A stretch of 64,000 bases of DNA from Bryobacterales bacterium (GTDB taxonomy: Bacteria > Acidobacteriota > Terriglobia > Bryobacterales > UBA6623). The DNA is taken from positions 807,006 through 871,005 of the forward strand of contig CBDHHA010000008.1 of assembly GCA_965263255.1 (NCBI GenBank), read 5' to 3'. Within the stretch, counting starts at the first letter, position 1. Each line of letters opens with the position of its first letter. A model generated the notes under the pieces. That model was not told the DNA's origin. It saw only the letters and a list, made by a program, of their open reading frames with translations, and did no database searches. Below, one piece after another: positions 1 through 11,300 of the stretch. The translations under genes and the position numbers were made by a program.

Positions 1-647
1 AGCGTCATGGCAGCTCCTGCTCGCTCGCCACCCTGGATTCCCCCGAAGAATGCTTGGTTGTAGTCGGTCCCGTCGACGGATACGTTCGTGTAGATGCCCC
101 TCTGCGCCCCGAACGAGAGGTGTCCGGCAGCCCGGGAGACCTGAACGCCGGGCGTCAGGAGGGCGAAATCGTGGAAGCGCCTGCCGTTGATCGGAAGGTC
201 ATTGAACACCTTGCTGCCGACGACGTTGCTGGATACCGGCAGCATCGCGTCGATCATGGCAGCCGTGACCTCGATCTCCGTGAAAGTCTGCTCAAGGTCC
301 AGCGCGAGGTCAATCTGGACGGCACTTCCCACGCGTACGAAAATGTTGCCCGCAGTAGTCGGCGCGAAGTCCGCGGAACAGGCCGTGACAGAGTACTCGC
401 CAGGACGCAGCGAGCCCACTTGGTAACGCCCCGTCGCGTCGCTCTCCACGGTCCTCCGGATCCCGCTCCCGGCACCGAGGACCTCGATCTCGCTACCGGG
501 GATACCCAGGCCGTCCGGCCCGGTGACCACTCCGACAATCCGGCCTAGGTTCGCGTCGAACTGGGCCCGCAACTGATTGACGATGGTTCCAGGAACGGCG
601 AGGGCCGCGACGAGGCAGGCCGCAGCGATCGGCGCCCGGCGGCTCAT
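1..647 (-). CDS. Oar-type TonB-dependent receptor, N-terminal part (runs off window start)
   Basis: Manual translation from ATG 647: signal peptide MSRRAPIAAACLVAALAVPG, carboxypeptidase-regulatory-like domain (GRIVGVVTGPDG...GRYQVGSLRPGEYSVTA), plug motif DLPINGRRFHDFALLTPGV. Not in the ORF track because it is truncated. Confidence 0.85.
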   Translation of the reverse strand, partial: MSRRAPIAAACLVAALAVPGTIVNQLRAQFDANLGRIVGVVTGPDGLGIPGSEIEVLGAGSGIRRTVESDATGRYQVGSLRPGEYSVTACSADFAPTTAGNIFVRVGSAVQIDLALDLEQTFTEIEVTAAMIDAMLPVSSNVVGSKVFNDLPINGRRFHDFALLTPGVQVSRAAGHLSFGAQRGIYTNVSVDGTDYNQAFFGGIQGGERAGAAMT

Positions 648-1066
648 CGCGACGCCGGCCAGGGCAGGCACCGCCGTTCGCGGGCGACGCGGCAGCGTTG
701 CCGGCGCGGGAGCGGATCCATGCGACGCCAAGCCTCGATTCTATCGCCCCGCAGATGGAGAGGCGTCGCTGCGGGAGCTGCCGGCCGAGCCTGGAATCGC
801 TCGAACTCCGGGGGCCTGGGTGACGGCACGCAAGCGGGCGATCCGCTAGGCCTCGCAGGGAATCTTCGAATTCGTGGCCGAAGGAGCGAAATCTTGACGG
901 GTTCTTTATGGTTCGGTCGCGTTTTCCTGCCCAAGCTCAGATACGATGGGCTTCTGCGCCGGGCATGAGCGTCCCGTCTCGGATCCTCGTCAGCTTCAGA
1001 CTGCGGGATGCTCCTGCGCGCAGCACGGGCAATCTGGCCGATCGCCCCAAGGAGACCATTCGCCCC

Positions 1067-3883
1067 ATGACCTTCTCCCGCTCATTCCAGGACCTGAGAG
1101 ATCCCGCTTGGACTTCATTCCGTCGCCTCTTGGCCGGATTACCCACCGTGGCTTGCCTGTGCCTGCTTGTCGGCGTCCCCGCGGATGCCCAGGAGTGTCT
1201 CAGGGTCGTCGTGCTCGATCCGACTGGAGCAACCGTTCCGAACGCCACCGTGGCGGTCGGGTCGCAGCAGCAGCCAACCGATAACCAGGGAATCGCGACG
1301 CTGTGCGGGCTGGGCGACGGTCCCCATCAAGTGCTGGCGACCGCACCGGGCCTGGCCCCAGGCGAGATCACGGTCGCCGAGTCCTCCGGCGAGGTCAGGA
1401 TACCGCTGGCGCTGGCCACCGTTGCCGAGCAGATTGTCGTCATCGGCAGCCGGACTGGCGGGCGCGCTGTCCTGGAGTCCGCCGTTCCTGTCGACATCGT
1501 TTCGGCCGCCGATTTCACCCAGCAGGGCGATCCGGATGTCCTCAACCAGCTTAGGAATACCGTCCCATCGTTCAATTCCAGCATGAACCCCATCAGCGAT
1601 GCCGGCACCATCGTGCGTCCGGCCAGCCTGCGCAATCTGGCACCGGATCACACGCTGCTGCTCGTAAATGGCAAGCGCCGCCATAGGGCGGCGGTGATCC
1701 ACTGGCTTGCGCAGGGCCCGACGGAGGGCTCCCAAGGGCCTGACCTGACGCCCATCCCGTCAATCGCGATCAAGCAGGCCGAAGTCCTCCGCGACGGCGC
1801 TTCGGCGCAGTACGGCTCGGACGCCATCGCCGGTGCGATGAACTTCGTCCTCAAGGACGCAGCGTCCGGGGGGAGCGTCCAGGTCGTTGCCGGCGGCTAC
1901 GGGGAAGGCGACGGACAGAACATCACGTTCGCGGGCAACGTGGGTCTCCCGCTTGGGGACGGAGGGTTCGCGAATCTGAGCGTCGAGTACGGGAACACCG
2001 AGCCCACCGACAGGGCCGTGCAGCGCTATGACGCCAGCCAGCTCATCGCGAACGGCAACTTCAACGTGCGCAGCCCCACCGCCCAGGTGTGGGGCCAGCC
2101 GAGGATCGACGATGACGTCAAGTTCTTCGGGAATTTCGGCAAGTACCTGCGGGGCGCGACACAGGTCTACGCCCATACCAACTACGCGAGCAAGCACGTT
2201 GACGGCGGCTTTTATTTCCGGAACCCTCACACGCGCGGCGGCGTTTACAGCGGCGACGGCGGAAACACCCTACTCGTCGGCGACATGCTGGACGCGCAGG
2301 ACGGGATCCTGGATGGATCCGCCGGCTGCCCGACCGTCCGGGTGAGCGGTGGCCGCATCCTCGACCAGGACAATTTCAACACGGTCCTCAACGACCCGAA
2401 CTGCTTCACGTTCCACCAGCCCTTCGCGGGCGCTCCCGACGGCCGGCCGGGAGGCTTCACGCCGCAGTTCGGAGGCGACGTGATGGACGCTTCGATCGTC
2501 GCCGGCGTCCGGGGAACGCTGGGCGCATCCATGGCCTGGGACGCGAGCTTCAGCCACGGCCAGAACGAGGTCGACTTCTTCATCTACAACACCGTCAATG
2601 CCTCCATGGGGCCTGACTCCCCGACTTCTTTCGATCCGGGCAAGTACACGCAGGCCGAGACGAACCTCAACTTCGACCTGACCTACTCGGCGTCGGACAA
2701 CCTGCACTTCGCCACCGGCGCGGAATGGCGCAACGAGGAGTTCTCGATCGGGGGCGGCGAGCCGGCCTCCTGGCAGTTCGGCCCGCTCGCGCCGCAGGGC
2801 TTCACCGCCGCATCGAACGGTTTCTCCGGATTCAGCCCCATCACGGTGGGATCCTGGGGCCGCCGCAACGTTGCGGTCTACGGGGATGTGGAACTCGGCG
2901 GTCCCGACAGCCCGTACACCTTGGGAGCCGCCATTCGCGGCGAGCACTTCGCGGACTTCGGAGCCACGATCAACTACAAGGTCGCTGCCCGCGTGGAGGC
3001 GAATGAATTCGTTTCTTTCCGAGGCTCTGCCAGCAGCGGCTTCCGGGCCCCCACGCCCGGCCAGCAGAACGCCTTCAACGTCTCGACCGTGTTCGACGCG
3101 GCGGCGGGAGACTTGATCAACCGGGGCGTGATCCCCTCCACCTCGGCCGTGGCGGCCTTCGTGGGCGGCCTGGCGCTGCAGCCCGAGCGGTCTCGCAACT
3201 TTACGGCCGGTGCCGTCATCGAGAGGGGCCAGTTCAGCGTGGCTACGGACTTCTTCCGGGTCGACATGTCCGACCGCCTCGGTCTCTCAAGGAGCTACAC
3301 GCTGCTGGAGAGCCAGGTCGACCAGTTGGTCGCCGAGGGAATTACGGACGCCTCGAACATCGGCACCTTCCGGTTCTTCACGAACCAGCTCGGCACCGCT
3401 ACCCAGGGCGTCGATGTCGTAGCGACGTACGCGCCGGAGGTACTGGAGGGCGACACGGTGTTCAGCTTCCTCCTCAATCACACGAAGACCTCGGTCACCG
3501 ACTGGGATCCGGAGACGTTCGGCCTCGACGACATCAACATCTACGAGAACGCCTTCCCCGAAACCCGGTGGAACTTCACCGTGCGACAGGACGCCGGGCG
3601 CTTCCGCATCATGGCGCGCCTGAACTACTTCGGGGATTTCTTCGATCGCGAGGACGCGCTGAACTACCCCGGCGAGTACCTGGTCGACCTCGAGGCGACC
3701 TACCGCCTGACCGAGTCGTTCTCGATTTCCGGCGGCGGCCAGAACATCTTCAACAACTACCCCGAGACGAATCCCGGGGCCTTCCGGGGCGTGGGCAACC
3801 TCTACCCTCAATCCTCGCCGTTCGGCTTCAACGGCGGGTACTACTACATGCGTCTCAACTACACCTGGGGACAGTCGTTCTAG
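1067..3883 (+). CDS. TonB-dependent receptor
   Basis: Plug motifs (SAVPVDIVS, LRNLAPDHTLLLVNGKRRH, EVLRDGASAQYGSDAIAGAMNFVLK), beta-barrel, C-terminal Phe. Start set at ATG 1067 after AAGGAG; the track gives 908. Confidence 0.92.
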   Translation: MTFSRSFQDLRDPAWTSFRRLLAGLPTVACLCLLVGVPADAQECLRVVVLDPTGATVPNATVAVGSQQQPTDNQGIATLCGLGDGPHQVLATAPGLAPGEITVAESSGEVRIPLALATVAEQIVVIGSRTGGRAVLESAVPVDIVSAADFTQQGDPDVLNQLRNTVPSFNSSMNPISDAGTIVRPASLRNLAPDHTLLLVNGKRRHRAAVIHWLAQGPTEGSQGPDLTPIPSIAIKQAEVLRDGASAQYGSDAIAGAMNFVLKDAASGGSVQVVAGGYGEGDGQNITFAGNVGLPLGDGGFANLSVEYGNTEPTDRAVQRYDASQLIANGNFNVRSPTAQVWGQPRIDDDVKFFGNFGKYLRGATQVYAHTNYASKHVDGGFYFRNPHTRGGVYSGDGGNTLLVGDMLDAQDGILDGSAGCPTVRVSGGRILDQDNFNTVLNDPNCFTFHQPFAGAPDGRPGGFTPQFGGDVMDASIVAGVRGTLGASMAWDASFSHGQNEVDFFIYNTVNASMGPDSPTSFDPGKYTQAETNLNFDLTYSASDNLHFATGAEWRNEEFSIGGGEPASWQFGPLAPQGFTAASNGFSGFSPITVGSWGRRNVAVYGDVELGGPDSPYTLGAAIRGEHFADFGATINYKVAARVEANEFVSFRGSASSGFRAPTPGQQNAFNVSTVFDAAAGDLINRGVIPSTSAVAAFVGGLALQPERSRNFTAGAVIERGQFSVATDFFRVDMSDRLGLSRSYTLLESQVDQLVAEGITDASNIGTFRFFTNQLGTATQGVDVVATYAPEVLEGDTVFSFLLNHTKTSVTDWDPETFGLDDINIYENAFPETRWNFTVRQDAGRFRIMARLNYFGDFFDREDALNYPGEYLVDLEATYRLTESFSISGGGQNIFNNYPETNPGAFRGVGNLYPQSSPFGFNGGYYYMRLNYTWGQSF

Positions 3884-4054
3884 CCCTCGCTGGCTCGGAT
3901 AAGCAATGGCCGCCGCTCGCGATGCGGGCGCGGCCCGGCCACCCCTCGCTCGGGCGGGGCACGCAGCCACGCGGCAGCCGGGATCGAACGCGCCGCGGAC
4001 GGCACGCAAACCGGGGGCGTGCGGCAACCGCGTCCGGCTGCGACAATATCCAGC

Positions 4055-4984
4055 ATGCGCTTCGAGATCCTGTTCGTTCTAGCTGCAGTGCCTCTGCTGG
4101 TGCTCGCGGCGGGACGGCCTCCCACGGCAGAACTGAAGGACCTAGCCTTCGGGAAGCAGCCCGAACGGGCCAGGGACCTGTTCGAGTCGAGCCGGCCCAA
4201 GGGGGCCGAGCTGGACGCCGCGTGGCTCGAGGCCATGTCGTGGGTCGGTCGGGCCGGCGCGATCGGCGGAGACTGGAATCTTGCCGCGGAGTATTCCAAG
4301 CGCACCCTTGAAGCGTGCGAGCGCCTCCTCCGGACCCAGTCCCTGGGCGACGATCCCAAGGGTTCCTTCCCGATCGCCCTAGGGGCGGCGATCGAGACGA
4401 TGGGCAAGTTCTACGTTGCGAAGGGGGATCCGGGACAGGCCGTGTCGTTCCTCCGGGAGCACCTTGCGAGACACGTCGGGACACCCATCGAGACCCGCTT
4501 GAACAAGAACTTGCTGCTTCTCGACCTCGAGGGCAAGCCCATGCCCGAGTTCGATGTGCCGGACTGGCTGAACGCGAGTCGGTTCGCGAGCGACGATCTC
4601 CGCGGCCAGGTCACGCTTTTCTTCTTCTGGGCGCACTGGTGTTCGGACTGCGCGGCCCAGAAGCCGATCCTTTATCGCCTGCTGGGCCGGTTCCGGGACC
4701 GGGGGCTCCGAGTCGTCGCGCCCACGCGCCGTTACGGCTATCTCCGGGAGGGGGAGGATGCAGGCCCCGAAGAGGAAAGGGCCTACATCGTAGCCTCGAA
4801 GGTTAGCAAGCATGCGATGCTGCGGAGCGTGCCCGTGCCGCTCAGCGAACAGGCATTCGTCGCGTTCGGAGTGAGCACCACGCCAACCTTGGTGCTGGTG
4901 GACCGCGAGGGCGTGGTGCGGCTCTACCATCCCGGTGAGATGCAGGAGTCCGATCTGGCGAGCCGGATCGAAGCCCTCCTGTAG
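4055..4984 (+). CDS. TlpA-like thiol-disulfide oxidoreductase with N-terminal helical domain
   Basis: Signal peptide; FFFWAHWCSDC (CxxC); GVSTTPTLVLVDREG cis-Pro loop. Confidence 0.85.
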   Translation: MRFEILFVLAAVPLLVLAAGRPPTAELKDLAFGKQPERARDLFESSRPKGAELDAAWLEAMSWVGRAGAIGGDWNLAAEYSKRTLEACERLLRTQSLGDDPKGSFPIALGAAIETMGKFYVAKGDPGQAVSFLREHLARHVGTPIETRLNKNLLLLDLEGKPMPEFDVPDWLNASRFASDDLRGQVTLFFFWAHWCSDCAAQKPILYRLLGRFRDRGLRVVAPTRRYGYLREGEDAGPEEERAYIVASKVSKHAMLRSVPVPLSEQAFVAFGVSTTPTLVLVDREGVVRLYHPGEMQESDLASRIEALL

Positions 4985-5032
4985 GCCACGCCCGGCAGCA
5001 ACGCCTGGCCCGGCCCGGAGCCCGGGACAGGC

Positions 5033-5989
5033 TCAGGGTGCGACTGCGTGCAGCAGCCGCTCGCCCCGCAGCCCGAGCCGGAGATTCTCAATCGAGACCC
5101 GCGCCATCTCGGTACGTGTCTCGACCGTCGCGCTGCCTAGGTGGGGCAGGATCGTGACGTTATCGAGGCCGAGGAGCGGGTGGTCCCGCGGCAGCGGCTC
5201 CGGCTCGGTCACGTCCAGGCCGGCGCTTTCGATTTCCCCGGTTCTGAGGGCCTCGTACAGCGCGTCCGTGTCGACGACGGGCCCGCGGGCAATGTTGACC
5301 AGGGTCGCTGTCCGCTTCATCGTCCGCAGCGCCCCGGCATCGATCAAGTGCCTCGTCTCGTCGGTCAGCGGGCAGGACAGGATCACGTAGTCGGATTCGC
5401 GCAGGAGCTCGTCCATCGACGCGTACTCGACTCCCAGATCGGCCTCGTCGGCCGGGCGGCGGCGCCGGTTCCGATACAGCACTCTCATGTCGAACGCCCG
5501 GGCGCGCCGGGCGACCTGGCGCCCGATGTTCCCCAGGCCGACGATCCCGAGCGTGGCCGAATGCACCTCGCGCCCCAGCATGAACCCGGGGTCGTAGCGC
5601 AGGAATTCCGGCGATCGGGCGTAGCGGTCACCGGTCACTACCCGCCTCGCCGCTGCAAGGATCAGCGCGAATCCGGCATCGGCCGTCGCGCCGTCCAGGA
5701 TGTTCGGGGTGTTTCCCACGGGAATGCCGCGCTCAGCGGCATCGGGCACGTTGATGTGATCCACCCCGACGCCATAGTTGCTGATTACGCGGACGCCCGG
5801 TATCCGGTCCAGCATCCGGCCGTCAAGGAGGGGGTGGCCGTAGGTGTAGATCCCGTCCACGGCCTCGGATGTGCCACGGACCGCCAGATCCCAAGCGAGG
5901 AACTCGATTCCTTCCCCGGCGAACCCGAGAACAGTGTCGTCCAAGGGGCCGTCTGCGATGACGCGGAACCGTTTCACGGGAACTGGCAT
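5033..5989 (-). CDS. D-isomer-specific 2-hydroxyacid dehydrogenase (glyoxylate reductase / D-glycerate dehydrogenase-like)
   Basis: GVGVDHI, GIVGLGNIG, LVNIARGPVVD, GLDVTEPEP, PHLGSAT. Confidence 0.92.
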   Translation of the reverse strand: MPVPVKRFRVIADGPLDDTVLGFAGEGIEFLAWDLAVRGTSEAVDGIYTYGHPLLDGRMLDRIPGVRVISNYGVGVDHINVPDAAERGIPVGNTPNILDGATADAGFALILAAARRVVTGDRYARSPEFLRYDPGFMLGREVHSATLGIVGLGNIGRQVARRARAFDMRVLYRNRRRRPADEADLGVEYASMDELLRESDYVILSCPLTDETRHLIDAGALRTMKRTATLVNIARGPVVDTDALYEALRTGEIESAGLDVTEPEPLPRDHPLLGLDNVTILPHLGSATVETRTEMARVSIENLRLGLRGERLLHAVAP

Positions 5990-6007
5990 TGTACGCGGAT
6001 CCGCCGC

Positions 6008-6997
6008 TCAGGCCCGCCTCCAGTGGGAGACCGTGTCGATCTCCACCTGCTGGACGCGATTGGCGAGTGCTAGGTACTGCAGGTGGGATAGACACTCCGC
6101 CATCGCGAAGCGGCGTTGCAAGGGTTCTCGGGCAGATTCCCAGATCTCTCCGGAGATCGCGTAGGCATCCAGGGTGCGCTCGCCAAGGGCTTCCAGGATT
6201 GTCTCGCACCGTCGAACGTGGTGCTGGCGTGTTCCCTCGATCCATTCCCGGTGCCCCTCGAACGGCCGGCCATGCGAGGGTGCGATGAGGCCTGCGTCCA
6301 GCCCCTCGAGCTTGTCCAGGGTGCGCATGTAGTCCCCGAGGGGATCCTCCTGGTAGAACCAATGCATGCCGATGTTGGGCGTGATCTTTGGCAGGATCGC
6401 GTCGGTGGAGAACAGCACACGCTGTTCCGGGCAGCGGAAGCACAGCAGGGCGGGGGAGTGGCCGGGGGCTGCGATGGCTTCGAGCGTACCCCCGTCGAAC
6501 TCGAGACGCTCGCCCTCCTCGATTGCCCCGTCCACCACGAGGCGTTCGAAATGCCCGCGCCAAGCGCCGGTCCCGAGGCGCATCGCCTCGATATGGTCCA
6601 CCGGTACGCCATGGCACCCCAAGAAGGCCGCTGCATCGGCGAAGAATGCCCGTCCCGGTGCCAGTGGCTCGACAAGCTTGGCCTCGCGAGCCGGCATTCG
6701 CACGGGGGCGCCGCTCCGCCTGCGGATTTCCGCAGCCGCTCCGATGTGGTCGGGATGCAGGTGGCTGACCACGATCTCGCGGATTCCGGCCCAGCCGGAG
6801 CCCAGATGGCGCAGCGCCGCCTCGAGCGATTGGAGCGACTTCTCCTCCCGGAGGCCGGAGTCGAGCAGGAGGAAGCCGTCCCCGCGCCGGAACAGGAACA
6901 CGTTGACGCTGACCAAGTCCCAGGGCAGGGGAAGGCGGACCTGCCAGGCGCAGTCAGCTACAGGCCAGACCTTGGGCGTTGGCAAGCTAGAAGACAA
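6008..6997 (-). CDS. MBL-fold metallo-hydrolase
   Basis: SHLHPDHIG (HxHxDH), PGHSP, PSHG; C-terminal winged-helix-like segment. Confidence 0.88.
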   Translation of the reverse strand: MSSSLPTPKVWPVADCAWQVRLPLPWDLVSVNVFLFRRGDGFLLLDSGLREEKSLQSLEAALRHLGSGWAGIREIVVSHLHPDHIGAAAEIRRRSGAPVRMPAREAKLVEPLAPGRAFFADAAAFLGCHGVPVDHIEAMRLGTGAWRGHFERLVVDGAIEEGERLEFDGGTLEAIAAPGHSPALLCFRCPEQRVLFSTDAILPKITPNIGMHWFYQEDPLGDYMRTLDKLEGLDAGLIAPSHGRPFEGHREWIEGTRQHHVRRCETILEALGERTLDAYAISGEIWESAREPLQRRFAMAECLSHLQYLALANRVQQVEIDTVSHWRRA

Positions 6998-7077
6998 GGT
7001 CTCGGGAACACCAAAAGTGGCTAGCCGACGCCATTGATTCTAGCAGCCGCCGGTTTGCTCCCGGGCTGTTACGCTGA

Positions 7078-8214
7078 ATGCCATCGCCGGATCGCATGCG
7101 TTCGCCTGCCAAGCTGCTGCTGTACGGCCTGCTCGCGACCTCGGTGACGGCGGGCGCGGACGGCGATATCGGGTCGGAGCTGCGCTGCCGGGCAGTCAAG
7201 ATCAAGCCCAGTCTTGACTTCGAGTATCGGTTCGTCATGGGCTACTGGTTCAGCGTCCCGGTCCGGCAGTTCTGGGGAGGCCCGGTCGGCATGGACCTCG
7301 AGATCGAAGTCCACCCGGTCAATGGCACCCCGGGCAAGTCGAACTGGATGGACAACCGGCTTCAGGCCGACCAGGCCGTGCCGCAAGGCACCAGGGGTGA
7401 CCTGCATTTCAGTACCGGCGTGTCGGCTGGTCCGGGCGAGTATCGAATCGACTGGCGCATTCGCGACGACAGCGGGAGGTCCTGCGAGGGCTCCGACGAG
7501 TTCCGCGCCGCCCTGTCTCGCTCGGATCGCTCGGTCGCCCCGGCCCTGCAGCCCGGCGAGATCTTCGACACACGGATCTATCTGTTCCGCCCCGAGGAAG
7601 CCACTCCCAGGCCGTTCCTGCACTCCCCTCGTCGCCTCAAGGTCCTCGTGAGTCTGGACGTGCTGGGCCGCCGCGGGCGTCCCGTGCGTCCGAGGCTGAC
7701 CCACTGGCTGCCGCTGTTCGCCGCGCTGCGCCAGCTCGGGCGCAGTACGAGCTTCAACGAGTTCTCGGTCGTCGTGTTCAGCTTCGAGGACCGGAAAGTC
7801 CTGCTGAGGCACGATTACCGGGACGTGTTCGACTTCCCCTCGCTTCGCGGCGTGGTCGGCGGCTTGGAACCGGAAACCGTCGATGTGTCCGCGCTCATGC
7901 AGGGCAGCGAGATGCGATTCTTCGAGGAACTGCTGTCAGCCGAGCTGCTGGGGCCCGAAGCGCCGGACTCGGTGGTCTTCCTCGGACGGGAGATGAGCTT
8001 CGGCAAGCGCCTGCACGCGTCCTCGCTCGAGAGGTTCCGCAGGACCGGCGCTACGTTCGCGTTCTTCGATGCGTCCCGGTACGTCTGGAGGGGCGCAATC
8101 GGCAATGTAGTCCGGGCCATGGACGGAAAGGAATACAGGCTCGGTCGCCCCGCGGACCTCGCCAAGGCGCTGAAGGGCCTCGAGAAACAGGTGCTGCGTG
8201 CAAGGGCGCAATAG
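7078..8214 (+). CDS. hypothetical exported protein
   Basis: 378-aa ORF with protein-like composition and an N-terminal signal-like segment; no motif recognised. Confidence 0.7.
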   Translation: MPSPDRMRSPAKLLLYGLLATSVTAGADGDIGSELRCRAVKIKPSLDFEYRFVMGYWFSVPVRQFWGGPVGMDLEIEVHPVNGTPGKSNWMDNRLQADQAVPQGTRGDLHFSTGVSAGPGEYRIDWRIRDDSGRSCEGSDEFRAALSRSDRSVAPALQPGEIFDTRIYLFRPEEATPRPFLHSPRRLKVLVSLDVLGRRGRPVRPRLTHWLPLFAALRQLGRSTSFNEFSVVVFSFEDRKVLLRHDYRDVFDFPSLRGVVGGLEPETVDVSALMQGSEMRFFEELLSAELLGPEAPDSVVFLGREMSFGKRLHASSLERFRRTGATFAFFDASRYVWRGAIGNVVRAMDGKEYRLGRPADLAKALKGLEKQVLRARAQ

Positions 8215-8307
8215 GGTAATGCTGCGGGGTCGGCCGCTCGGGCCTGCCGCTACGGGCCCGGCAAGTCCGCTCCCGCCGCAGTTGACGCGGTTCCCGGAGG
8301 AGTCGAG

Positions 8308-11300
8308 ATGACCAGGCTCGGGCGGCGCGGGTTCCTAGGGAGCCTCGCAGCCGGCTCGGCATTCCGCCAGAGCCCTCTGACGTGGGCCGACGAGGTTCCG
8401 GCGCGGCTGGGCCAATGGATGCCGTGCAGCGACCTCCGGGCCTTGGTCGATCCCGCGAACGACGGCTTCCGCGCCGAACAGCAGGCGATGCAGGTTGAGA
8501 GCATCCTCTCGCGGTTGCTGGATGACGGGAGCCTGCCTCTTTCCTCGAACTTCGACGGTCCGTCGCCGATGCCCCGGGAATACGTCCGGGAAGGACCCGT
8601 TCGGCTCGCGCGGTACCCGAATCCGGGCGAGGGCTTTTCCGAGGGCATGCTCCGCTGGGTCCGCTCTCTCGATGACGTGCGCCGCGCGGAGTTTCATGCC
8701 TTGCCGGGCGATGTGGTCAGGTTCGAGATCGCGTCCGGCGCTCCGGCCGGCCTAGAGTACCGCGTCGGTCACTGGCGGATGAGGTGGGACGAAGGGCTCC
8801 TGGACCACTTCGAGCCGCTCGACGAGACTGTCGCGGCGGCGCCTGCACCGCTGTTTGCCGATGCGACGGCGGAGCTGTTCGGGGCGCTGCCGAGCTTCCG
8901 GGACCAGCTGTCCAAGGGCATCCCGTACTGGCGCTCCCGTCTGGACAGCGCCGCGGGCGTGGGCGTCTACGGCAACCAGGGCATCGCCGTGGGCGACATC
9001 GACGGCGATGGCTGGGACGAACTCTACGTCTGCCAGCCCAGCGGTCTCCCGAACCGCCTTTACAGCCGGCAGGAGAACGGAGCGTGGCTGGACGTGACGC
9101 CCGGATCCGGCGTGGACGTTCTTGATGACACCTCGCAGGCGCTGTTCCTTGACCTGCGGAACATCGGGCGCCAGGACCTTGTCGTGCTGACTACGGCGGG
9201 GCCCCTGCTGTTCCTCAATGACGGGTCCGGCCGATTCCGCCACCGCGACGACGCCTTCCACTTCAGGACGGACGCGCAGGGAACGTTCGCAGGCATGGCA
9301 GCGGCCGACTACGACCGCGACGGGAGAGTGGATCTCTACCTCTGCTCGTACCTGTACTTCCAGAGCCAGGACCAGTACCGCTACCCCGTGCCCTACCACG
9401 ACGCCCGGAACGGCCCGCCCAACTTCCTGTTCCGCAACGCGCTCGATGCCGACGGAGGCGGCCGGTTCGAGGATGTCACGGATGAGGCCGGACTGGGCCA
9501 GAACAACGACCGCTACAGCTTCGCTGCCGCCTGGTGCGACTACGACGAGGACGGCTGGCCCGAGCTCTATGTCGCGAACGACTTCGGGCGCAACAACCTG
9601 TACAAGTACCGGGACGGCCGCTTCCGGGACATCGCGGAGGAGGCGGGGGTCGCCGACGTCGGTCCCGGCATGAGCGCCGCGTGGTTCGACTTCGACGGTG
9701 ACGGGCGACTGGACCTGTACGTCACCAACATGTGGACCGCAGCCGGCCAGCGGGTTGCGAACGACCCGGCGTTCGGACCGTCAGGTGCCGGCGTGGCGAG
9801 CTCCGAGTATCGGGGCCACACCAAGGGGAACTCCCTATACCGCAACCGCGGGGACGGCACGTTCGACTACGCGGGCAGCGAGCAGGGTGTCGAGATGGGA
9901 CGCTGGTCCTGGGCGGGCGACGGATTCGACTTCGACCTCGACGGCGTGCCGGAGATCCTCGTCACGGCCGGGATGATCACGCATGATCCCGGCAAGGATC
10001 TCTGCAGCTTCTTCTGGAGGCAGGTGGTCTCCAATTCGCCCGCTGACGCGGCTCCGGCCCCTGCGTACGAGGAAGGCTGGAACTGCCTCAACCAGCTCGT
10101 CCGGGAGGACTACAGCTGGAACGGCGACGAGCCGAACGTCTTTCTCGCGCGACACGGTGGGAAGTACCGTGACCTTTCCGGAGTCTCGGGGCTGGACCGG
10201 GCACTGGACAGCCGGGCGTTCGCCGTGACGGACTTCGAAGGCGACGGCCGGCTGGATCTGTTCCTCAAGAGCCGGCTGGGTCCGCAAGTCCTCGCCTTCC
10301 GCAACCAGTCCACACGGGGCCGCGAGCCCTTGGTCCTGGAATTGGAAGGGACTCGGTCCAACCGCGACGCCATCGGCGCGATCGTTCGCGTCGAGACAGA
10401 GGAAGGCGTGTCGGCACAGGTGCTGTCCGGCGGGTCCGGCTATATCTCGCAGCACACGAAGCGGCTGCATTTCGGGCTGGGGTCGCGAGCGGCTGCCCGG
10501 CGGGTGACGATCTTGTGGCCCGCCTCCGGCCGGCAGCAATTCGAGGGCCTCGAGGCCGGGTTCCGCTACCGCATCCGCGAGGGCAACGGCCGCTTCACGC
10601 GGGTCCGCCTTGACGCCGGCCCCCAAACCCGCAGTCAGAGCGGGACGGTCTCGCCCGACAATCGGCTGGTCTTCGAGCCGACTTGGTTCCTCGATGCGGT
10701 GCCGCTGCCGCTGAGCGCCGAAGACGGATTCCTTGTCATAGCCGACGGGGAGGTGCCGGGCCTCCCGCCTGACGTGCCTCACAAGGTGATCGATCTCAGC
10801 CAGGGAACGGCTGACCAGGTCGCGGCCTTCTCCATCTTCCGGCGGTACCTGTTCGACTACCGGGCGGAGCTGAAACTGCCGCTGGTGCTGCTCGTGGGAC
10901 TGCAGGGAAGAGCACTCAGGGTATATCCGTCCGTTCCCGACGAAGCGGTGCTGCGTCGCGACCTAGGGGCGGTGCGCGGGCCGACCGATCTCGCGCGCCT
11001 GGCCTTGCCTTTCCCGGGCCGCTTCCACGGAGGGGCAGGAAGGCAGCACTTTCGCATGGGATTCGCCTTCATGAAGGCAGGATTCCCGAAGCTTGCTGTC
11101 CCCTACCTTCGCGAGGCCGCCTTGGGATCGCGCGACGGATTCAAGGCGTGGCTCGCATACGGCCAAGCCGAGCTGCAGATCGGCAACCTGCGGGAAGCGG
11201 AGCGGGCCCTTCGGATCGCGCAGGAGCGGAATGCGGAGTCGGCCGAGGTATGGAACAACCTCGGCGGCCTTGCCATGGCTCGCGACGACTACCGAGGTGC

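Noticed and set aside
648-1066. Possible riboswitch between the divergent TonB receptor genes
   Set aside because: No recognisable cobalamin, TPP or other aptamer core motifs.
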